15,730 nucleotides of DNA from contig PMWA01000078.1 in NCBI GenBank assembly GCA_003166335.1, positions 1 through 15,730 on the forward strand, in the 5' to 3' direction. Position numbers and translations under genes: made by a program. Below the pieces are notes generated by a model. It saw nothing but the letters and a program-made list of their open reading frames with translations. It did not search any database and was not told the origin of the DNA. Source of the stretch: Methanobacterium sp. Its GTDB lineage: Archaea; Methanobacteriota; Methanobacteria; Methanobacteriales; Methanobacteriaceae. Positions 1 to 6,281 of the stretch are shown piece by piece (the first letter of the stretch is position 1; each line of letters begins with the position of its first letter).

Positions 1-612
1 ATTAACAGCTAAATCTAAGGTTCGATAATTTAATTTCTTTTTAATATCTTCAGCGAACCATGATAAAGTTCGGTTTATATCCACCTGTTGGATGGGTTCA
101 AAGAAAGTGTAAGCATGTGCACCTTTGCAACCACTGAAAAATAAGATGGGCTCTCTCCCAAAACGTACTTTAAACTTCTTTGTGAAGTCTTTAGCTTCAT
201 TTATGGCAACCTCTGCAATATGCTCATTAATAATAAGATCCTGTAGTTCTTTCTTCAGCCCCGCTTGTTTATCCTTCCTGTAATATAAATTAACTTTCTG
301 GAGTTCAATTAAATCGTTCTTAATCTGTTTTATTTTAGGATTTGAAACATCAAAATCAAAATAGGCTCTATCAATTACCATATTATCCGGGTTCTGTTGT
401 TTTAAGTTACCAACATTCCCATAATCATAGATGTGAGTAAAACAAGGATGTATTCCACTATTCCTATGTACCTGCAAATACAATTGTTTAGGATTTAATA
501 CTGTAAATTGCATTTTAATTTTATTTGAAGGGGCAAAATCAGGGGGTCTTCTGAAATGTCTTGCATAATCAAAACCATAAAATAAAGAATAAAAAGAAAG
601 AAAACCTTTCAT
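1..612 (-). CDS. Archaeo-eukaryotic primase (AEP, PriS-like primase/polymerase), 3' end runs off the window
   Basis: Manual translation from ATG at 612 is open for 204 codons to position 1 (MKGFLSFYSLFYGFDYARHFRRPP...). It has AEP motif I AYFDFD (366-349), motif II FSGCKGAH (138-115) and a motif III-like TLDLAV near the window edge. ATG overlaps the upstream TGA (ATGA, 612-609). Absent from the ORF track. Confidence 0.88.
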   Translation of the reverse strand, partial: MKGFLSFYSLFYGFDYARHFRRPPDFAPSNKIKMQFTVLNPKQLYLQVHRNSGIHPCFTHIYDYGNVGNLKQQNPDNMVIDRAYFDFDVSNPKIKQIKNDLIELQKVNLYYRKDKQAGLKKELQDLIINEHIAEVAINEAKDFTKKFKVRFGREPILFFSGCKGAHAYTFFEPIQQVDINRTLSWFAEDIKKKLNYRTLDLAVN

Positions 613-1115
613 GGAATGCCCTCCAAGATTGGCTCCCAATTTATATTGATGCATTTATTATTACCTATGAGAATTCCTTTCAGGAAAAATTTACCTATTC
701 TGTTCTTAATCTCTCTTTCATCCTCACTCCATCCTTGACTTAATATCTTTCTTGAGAACTTCGATAAATTATTAACTTCCTGTTTAGATTTATACAGCTC
801 ATAGAGAATACCATAATCAGTAAATGATAATTTTTGGTAGTATATGAATTTCGTTAAAGTTTTAACATTCTCATCTACTTTATTTGGTGGATAAACCGAG
901 GATTCATAGCTAAAAAAATAGTTTTCTTTAAGTAATTGGATGAATGCTAATTCAATGTCTATTCTAGTGGTATTTGGGATTTTATTCCGTATACAATATT
1001 CTAAATTCCCCTGGCATATACCGGGAAGTTTATGTATCAACTCTTTAGAATATTGAGTGATCGTCAACGTGATAGGAAAGTTATTAACAGGGGGAGAAGC
1101 CTTTTTCACAGCCAT
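609..1115 (-). CDS. Hypothetical protein with probable C-terminal winged helix-turn-helix
   Basis: 168-aa ORF with SD AAGGAGGGAG upstream, tightly coupled to both neighbours. C-terminal LSFTDYGILYELY...EREIKNRIGKFFLKGILI...CININW resembles wHTH helices and wing by eye. Confidence 0.6.
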   Translation of the reverse strand: MAVKKASPPVNNFPITLTITQYSKELIHKLPGICQGNLEYCIRNKIPNTTRIDIELAFIQLLKENYFFSYESSVYPPNKVDENVKTLTKFIYYQKLSFTDYGILYELYKSKQEVNNLSKFSRKILSQGWSEDEREIKNRIGKFFLKGILIGNNKCININWEPILEGIP

Positions 1116-1117
1116 TT

Positions 1118-2773
1118 CTAAGCTCCCTCCTTCTTAGCTGTCGTTTTCGCTAGAATACGAGCATCTAAGATATTCTTGGCATCTTGATCATTCCCATGAT
1201 ATGCTGCAGCACATAAATCATTGTCACTCATTGATTCGTAATCTTGAGGTCTATGAATATCTATAGATTCTTCATGATCTAATGAGTTCTCATCGGGGGC
1301 AACAGGGGCAACGGAGGCAGTGCCCCTATGAGTCTGATTATTAGTAGATTCTATTTTTTTTACCAAACTTCTGTACTTTTGATATGGTGCCCCTGTTGCC
1401 TCCGTTGCCTCTGTTATATCCCAATCTTTTATGGGATCAAATGTTAACCACACTTTAGAAATATTAGGAGCTGTCTTTGATTTAATCCAACCATTTTCTT
1501 CGTATTTATTTTTATATTTTCGGGCCTGTCTTTCTTTTACACCGAATATTCCTCTTAATTTATCCTCAAATTCCTTAATAGATACCTTTGAAACATTTTC
1601 ACTAATTGCTCCCTTTTCATGGAGCCATCTCAAAGATTCCTGATCCTTTAATCTAGCACCTCTCCACCCATCACCATAATCAAGGTTTCCAAAAACTTTT
1701 ATCTCAACATATTCATATTCATGTTCCATAATCTCAAATAAATCAACATAAGCCGTTTCTATATCAAGAATTTCAATTGTAGATCTATTATTCTGGAATG
1801 CTTGGATTGCAGAAAATTTTAAAAGATTGTTTTGGAGAGTAAATACTATCATTTCCATGAAATTAGATATTTTCTTTGAATATGATTCTCCACGTTGCAC
1901 TAATAATATGGATAGCTCTGCAAATGCTATTTTTGCTTCATGTGCCATATTAAAGGTTTCAAAAGTATTTAATTGCTCTATCTTCTCACAAAATTTATAA
2001 ATAGAGGCTTCATCATTGGATGAATCAAAAATTCTCTTTTCCAAGGCGTCTATTTTGTTACTGTCACCCATATAAACATATATGAGGATAAAACGCCTTA
2101 TATCACCCTCTAAAACAAGTATATCATTTTCAAACTGTAAAGGTTGCACGAATAAAGTTATAGGACATTCTGGTTCATATTCCAGTGCATGATCTTCTCC
2201 TAATTCAACTAGCTGCTTTGAAACTGTATTATCCGGGTAAGGATCCAAAGCTGTTCTAATATATTTCCTAGCTTCTGAATAGTGCAAATCACTAGAAGAC
2301 AATAAATTGAAGGCTTCATCAATAATTAAAAAATCGGATCTTAAATAACCCTTCCTTTCTTCATGTCTTTTATCCCTTTTAATATATACGCTCTTACCTA
2401 CTAATTGTTCTGCATGTAAGCTAGTCGGCTCCCTAATTTTACCATTGAAGTATTCCACATACATTTTTTGAACTCTTTTTATTTCTCCTTTCCCTCGTCC
2501 GGAATTTACGACAAAAAGCGGGGATATCCTTCCATCAGGTTTTAACCTTCCAACTGAAATCATTGAGGTTCTGATTCTATACGAAAGAAGATTATACCAC
2601 AACCCCTTAAATATTAAGGTGTATTCCTCTCCAAAAAGGGCTGTAGCAGCTGCTAAATCATCAAATCCTGTTAAATGTGTAGATGGGTAACTTAGTTGGA
2701 GTTTTTCTATTTGCTTTAGAGGTTTCATCCTTTCAGGCAAATTTCCCATGAGGTTTAAATCATTAGAAGTCAC
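1118..2773 (-). CDS. MCM-like AAA+ ATPase, putative replicative helicase with C-terminal wHTH
   Basis: Walker A-like NSGRGKG (aa 90-96), MCM-like TSLHAEQLVG, Walker B FLIIDE (aa 148-153), arginine finger-like IRRF (aa 225-228), wHTH-like VSIKEFEDKLRGIFGVKERQARKYKNKYEENGWI; GTG start. Confidence 0.75.
   Translation of the reverse strand: MTSNDLNLMGNLPERMKPLKQIEKLQLSYPSTHLTGFDDLAAATALFGEEYTLIFKGLWYNLLSYRIRTSMISVGRLKPDGRISPLFVVNSGRGKGEIKRVQKMYVEYFNGKIREPTSLHAEQLVGKSVYIKRDKRHEERKGYLRSDFLIIDEAFNLLSSSDLHYSEARKYIRTALDPYPDNTVSKQLVELGEDHALEYEPECPITLFVQPLQFENDILVLEGDIRRFILIYVYMGDSNKIDALEKRIFDSSNDEASIYKFCEKIEQLNTFETFNMAHEAKIAFAELSILLVQRGESYSKKISNFMEMIVFTLQNNLLKFSAIQAFQNNRSTIEILDIETAYVDLFEIMEHEYEYVEIKVFGNLDYGDGWRGARLKDQESLRWLHEKGAISENVSKVSIKEFEDKLRGIFGVKERQARKYKNKYEENGWIKSKTAPNISKVWLTFDPIKDWDITEATEATGAPYQKYRSLVKKIESTNNQTHRGTASVAPVAPDENSLDHEESIDIHRPQDYESMSDNDLCAAAYHGNDQDAKNILDARILAKTTAKKEGA
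1295..1415. repeat. Two inverted arrays of 9-bp repeats (consensus RGRGGCAAC) flanking an AT-rich spacer; candidate replication origin
   Basis: Forward units 1295-1303 GGGGGCAAC, 1304-1312 AGGGGCAAC, 1313-1321 GGAGGCAGT. Reverse units 1319-1327, 1386-1394, 1395-1403, 1404-1412 (reverse complements AGGGGCACT, AGGGGCACC, GGAGGCAAC, AGAGGCAAC). Spacer 1328-1385 has 14 G+C in 58 nt. Confidence 0.85.
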
Positions 2774-2776
2774 TAT

Positions 2777-2890
2777 TCACACTTCCAATGAGGGTTCTAA
2801 AGGATCCATAAAGTTTAAGTCCTTTGAATGACTATTTTTGATTGTAGGTTGCTCACTCCCTACATTATTTCTATTTTTCTTATATTCCAT
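2777..2890 (-). CDS. Small hypothetical ORF (37 aa, MEYKKNRNNVGSEQP...PSLEV)
   Basis: Manual translation; GTGA SD-like sequence upstream; fills the gap in the operon; in frame with the helicase (TGA ATA GTG). Confidence 0.35.
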   Translation of the reverse strand: MEYKKNRNNVGSEQPTIKNSHSKDLNFMDPLEPSLEV

Positions 2891-2896
2891 ATTTTA

Positions 2897-3031
2897 TCAC
2901 GGCTCATCTGGGTTAATACCTTCAGAATTAATTAGATAATCCTTAATTGTATTCATAAGGCGTGGTGGGTTTTCCTGTGATTTGTAGAAGTTGTAAAGAT
3001 TTATTAGTTCTTTATCAAGCTCTTCTGACAT
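2897..3031 (-). CDS. Small hypothetical protein (44 aa, MSEELDKELINLYNFYKSQENPPRLMNTIKDYLINSEGINPDEP)
   Basis: Manual translation; SD TAGGAG 6 nt before the ATG; start overlaps the end of the AbrB-like gene. Confidence 0.55.
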   Translation of the reverse strand: MSEELDKELINLYNFYKSQENPPRLMNTIKDYLINSEGINPDEP

Positions 3032-3200
3032 GTTTATCTCCTAATTCCAATTTTTTAAGGTGTAAAATATCATGGTTTCCTTCTTCAACTTCCCATACCA
3101 TCCGATCTCCTTTTTTAAGGTTTTCTTCTGCGTATTGTTTCGGAAGATATATGAAATAGGAACCTCTCAGTTCTTGTAGGGATACAATTTTCAATCTCAT
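3015..3200 (-). CDS. AbrB/MazE/SpoVT-family DNA-binding protein
   Basis: Pattern LQELRGSYFIYLPKQYAEENLKKGDRMVWEVE matches the swapped-hairpin AbrB motif. Start moved from 3260 to ATG 3200 because GAGGT lies 8 nt upstream. Confidence 0.8.
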   Translation of the reverse strand: MRLKIVSLQELRGSYFIYLPKQYAEENLKKGDRMVWEVEEGNHDILHLKKLELGDKHVRRA

Positions 3201-3201
3201 T

Positions 3202-3238
3202 TTCATTAACCTCACTTCATTAACTTTCATTTCATTAA
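3202..3238. repeat. Three direct TTCATTAA repeats in the leader of the AbrB-like gene
   Basis: Exact copies at 3202-3209, 3216-3223 and 3231-3238. Confidence 0.6.
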
Positions 3239-3244
3239 AAGATA

Positions 3245-3395
3245 TTTTATAAGTGCCCATATAAGTATTACAATGCTTTTTTTTTCTTTTTATTCAATTT
3301 AAAACATGTTATTAGTTTAAATGTAATTTTAAACGTGTTTTAAGTTTTTGTTTTTTTTAAAACATGTTTATTAATAAAAAAGCAGGTATATAGTA
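3245..3395. promoter_or_regulatory. Divergent promoter region with three palindromic AAAC(A/G)TGTT boxes
   Basis: Boxes at 3302-3310, 3331-3339 and 3360-3368 (29-bp period), flanked by inverted TGCTTTTTT (3274-3282) and AAAAAAGCA (3376-3384). TATA-like sequences lie outward of these: TATATA 3387-3392 on +, and ACTTATA twice on - at 3248-3266. Confidence 0.65.
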
Positions 3396-3423
3396 ATCCA
3401 TATAATACACAATAGGTGAGATA

Positions 3424-4587
3424 ATGTCTAAAAAAAACAGTAAAAGTTCAACAAAGAAAAGAATCAGAAAACTTTGGATATTAACGGCTCTTTTAGATTG
3501 TGATCAATGGTCTCAGATGGATATTAAGAAATTATGGTATATACTGAGTGTTGTTGACTTATGTGGTTTAGAATTGGATGTTATTAAGGGTTTGAATGAA
3601 ACTGAGAGTAGTAAAAAGAAAGCAATGAAAAAAATAGACGAAAAATATAAAAAATACGAAAAGCCAGAAGGATATTATGACATACCTAATAAGCAAATAA
3701 AGGAAGTTCAAGAGGAATACAGAAAATATGTAATCACTGAAAGGTTAAAAGAATTAAATAAGACAAAAAAGAATTTTGAAGATATTAAAAACAAATGTAA
3801 AAGTGACATCAGTATTATAATAAAGGAATTAAAAGATGACGACATAATTACGGAAAAATCAATCATAAAAAAGTCAGTTCCAAAACATGCAAGGTCAATA
3901 GGAGGAGCATATACATTAAATGAAAATGAAACCGTTCTTTATTTGATTTTAGATGAAATTAACAACCATCTTACACCAACTAAACTTAAAGAATTAATGT
4001 TAAATGATTTAATGAATTCTAAATATCTTGAAAAGGTGGTTAATGAAAAGTTAGTAAAAACTATAGAAAAAGAGTTGTATTTAGCATTAAATGATAATGA
4101 TAAAAAGTTGATATTATTCTTTTTAGAACGATACCCAACTGTACTTTATAATATTCTGAAAGAAATTAATACTCCGTCTAAGATGATTAATGAGGATACA
4201 TCATGGAATTCCATAGCAGACCGAAGAAAACTGACAAACGGATTTATAATGAATGCTAAAAATTGGGCTTATGAAGATATAAAAAGAATAGGGTACGGCT
4301 TTAATGTGGATTATGAAGTAAAAGTAACAATAAAAAATGATGATGGGAAAATAGTAATCAAACATTCTAATAGCCATGAGATATTTGATCCAGAGAAAGA
4401 AAACTACACAATGGAAAATAATAATTCATGGGATGCATTCATTAATTTGAAGAATAATCACGATAACCACCGTATTGAATTTGTTGAAAACGAAATAAAA
4501 GATAAAAACATTTTTATTAAAGACAATGAAGAACAAATTCATTATGGATATTTGTATAGTCCTTCGCAGGATGTAGCTCCTTATTGA
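3424..4587 (+). CDS. Hypothetical protein, possible winged-helix regulator
   Basis: 387-aa ORF with SD AGGTGA. KLWILTALLDCDQWSQMDI and KSDISIIIKELKDDDIITEK...AYTLN resemble the two halves of a wHTH. Confidence 0.6.
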   Translation: MSKKNSKSSTKKRIRKLWILTALLDCDQWSQMDIKKLWYILSVVDLCGLELDVIKGLNETESSKKKAMKKIDEKYKKYEKPEGYYDIPNKQIKEVQEEYRKYVITERLKELNKTKKNFEDIKNKCKSDISIIIKELKDDDIITEKSIIKKSVPKHARSIGGAYTLNENETVLYLILDEINNHLTPTKLKELMLNDLMNSKYLEKVVNEKLVKTIEKELYLALNDNDKKLILFFLERYPTVLYNILKEINTPSKMINEDTSWNSIADRRKLTNGFIMNAKNWAYEDIKRIGYGFNVDYEVKVTIKNDDGKIVIKHSNSHEIFDPEKENYTMENNNSWDAFINLKNNHDNHRIEFVENEIKDKNIFIKDNEEQIHYGYLYSPSQDVAPY

Positions 4588-4616
4588 TTTGAGATGTGCA
4601 AAAATCTGAGGGAAGC

Positions 4617-4626
4617 TTTTTTTTTT
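4617..4626 (+). terminator. Oligo-T archaeal terminator candidate
   Basis: T10 run 30 nt after the stop of 3424..4587, at the convergence with the integrase gene. Confidence 0.5.
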
Positions 4627-5812
4627 AATTCTTTTGTTTTTGTAGTTCTCGGGCTAATTCTTCCATTAAGGTGCCCATATTTTCTATTTTCTTTTCCATA
4701 TCAGCTATTTCATTATCTTTATCTTTGAATCTTTTCTCATAATTATTTTTTAATTCTTTAAACTCATCACTTTCAACTGTTCGAGGTTCTATATCTTCTA
4801 GACTTAAAGCAGGTAAAACCTTCAAATATTCTTTTTTCAATGTTGATATTTCTGGTTTGATATAGGTGTTCGTTAAAGTTTTTACTTTATGTCCAATTAA
4901 CCATTCAGCATTTAAGCTATCCAAGCCACCATTATGAAGATTAGAAGCATAAAATTTTCTTAAAGCGTGTGGATGGAAGAATCTCATATTTCTTTTTCCT
5001 TTAACTTCATATCCAAATCCACATGTATCATTTAACCTACAAAAATACTGATTTAAAATATTATCATGCATTTTAACCCCGTTATTCTCAAAGAGGTAAT
5101 CATCAAAATTCTTAAATTCAAATCTTTTTTCTATTCTTTCATCTAAATAATCGTTGATTGCTTTAACTGATTCTGGAGAACTAAAGGTTACATAAGGCAT
5201 ACTGGTTTTGAATCTTCTTATACTCCAAGTAGGTATTGTGTTATCTGCTTCTTTTTCATGGAGTTTTTGCAGTATATCATCTATATATAAAGGCTCTTTT
5301 ATAGCAATTTCTAAGCTATCTAGATAATCTTTGAGAGTTAAATGGTTAATTTCAGCTACACCCATTCCACCACTCATCATAAGGAGAATAATGGCTTTAT
5401 ATTTAATGTTGCAATGTTTTAATGCCTTCCTTATCACATCTTTTGTTGGAATATCATTAATGGTAATAAGTTTTTGAGGATCTTTAAGGGTGCAAGTCAC
5501 ATTAGGTAATTCTATTCCTAATTCTTTATAGAAATTCCTAACCACTGCTAGACTTCCACGTATAAAATTAGGACTATAACCACTATCCTTCATATGTTTG
5601 ATGAATCCAACCATATAACTTTCTATTTTTCGCTTTCTCATTCGGATTCTAGCGTCTTCCTCGGCTTCAGCTTCATCAATTAGTTCTGAAGGTAATAAAC
5701 TAGTGAATTTACAATAATTTCCTAATCTTATTTTATAGGTTCTTACTGTTGATTTTCTACGGTCTTTTTTTATGAGAAATTTTTGATATATGGGATCGCT
5801 TTCAAGATTCAT
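4625..5812 (-). CDS. Tyrosine recombinase / site-specific integrase
   Basis: N-terminal STVRTY...L..Y core-binding pattern; box I-like KYKAIILLMMSGGMGVAEI; K202; HALR (H282, R285); LIGH (H308); Y317; C-terminal coiled coil. Confidence 0.93.
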   Translation of the reverse strand: MNLESDPIYQKFLIKKDRRKSTVRTYKIRLGNYCKFTSLLPSELIDEAEAEEDARIRMRKRKIESYMVGFIKHMKDSGYSPNFIRGSLAVVRNFYKELGIELPNVTCTLKDPQKLITINDIPTKDVIRKALKHCNIKYKAIILLMMSGGMGVAEINHLTLKDYLDSLEIAIKEPLYIDDILQKLHEKEADNTIPTWSIRRFKTSMPYVTFSSPESVKAINDYLDERIEKRFEFKNFDDYLFENNGVKMHDNILNQYFCRLNDTCGFGYEVKGKRNMRFFHPHALRKFYASNLHNGGLDSLNAEWLIGHKVKTLTNTYIKPEISTLKKEYLKVLPALSLEDIEPRTVESDEFKELKNNYEKRFKDKDNEIADMEKKIENMGTLMEELARELQKQKN

Positions 5813-5834
5813 GTAAATATTTATAGAACATCTA

Positions 5835-5848
5835 ATATTTAATCATTC
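5835..5848 (-). promoter_or_regulatory. Candidate TATA box for a leaderless integrase transcript
   Basis: TTAAATAT on - at 5842-5835, 23-30 nt before the ATG, preceded by purine-rich GAATGA; no SD adjacent to the ATG. Confidence 0.4.
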
Positions 5849-5898
5849 ACCTCACGTGAAAGTTAAAGTAAAACCCCAAATAAGATGAATAATGCCAA

Positions 5899-6024
5899 AT
5901 ATCATTTATTGAGAAAAAAAACTCTACAAACGAAAATCGATATCATTTTAAAATTTACACATCAATATCATTCCAGCCAGGATGTTAGGAACTAAAGAAA
6001 TTTCTTTATAAATGTAATGATATT
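5899..6024. repeat. ATATCATT boxes and a perfect 16-bp palindrome next to the integrase
   Basis: ATATCATT at 5899-5906, 5940-5947, 5965-5972 and inverted at 6016-6023; TAAAGAAATTTCTTTA at 5993-6008. Confidence 0.65.
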
Positions 6025-6281
6025 AGTAAGAAAGTTCTAGACAGTTCCTGAAGGGAAAATTTAATCTCTTTTATCACTTTAATAAAATAAGAGTTAAATA
6101 ATTCTTTTTTTTGGATTTATTCTATAAAAAAGAAATTTAATAATTCTTAACCAATTTTAATATTCCCCTACTTATACTCTTAAAAACTATTTAATCTATT
6201 AAAAGTAAAAATTGAGGGCGTTAATTATATTATATTGTTAAAAACATAAGTTATAGTTAGTTAAAATGGGAGTGTAAGAAA

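Larger units (their letters stand above)
1..6050. mobile_element. Integrated plasmid/satellite-like element (right portion; left end outside window, right boundary approximate)
   Basis: Tyrosine integrase at the edge, linked to a primase + MCM-like helicase module and divergent regulators; host-type genes resume at 6282. No att duplication can be verified inside the window. Confidence 0.85.

Noticed and set aside
529..537. Isolated AGGGGCAAA resembling the origin repeat
   Set aside because: Single imperfect copy inside the primase CDS; could be chance.
561..743. ORF-track calls 561..743+, 1431..1643+ and 2962..3159+
   Set aside because: Antisense shadows of the motif-bearing minus-strand operon; no recognisable motifs.
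3298..3372. Regularly spaced repeats as a mini-CRISPR array
   Set aside because: Repeats of 9-13 bp and a 29-bp period are too short for CRISPR, spacers are low complexity, and no cas genes are present.
5832..5853. Perfect SD GAGGTGA followed by a 4-codon uORF (ATG ATT AAA TAT TAG) upstream of the integrase
   Set aside because: Zero spacing between SD and ATG, out of frame with the integrase, and it overlaps the likely TATA region.
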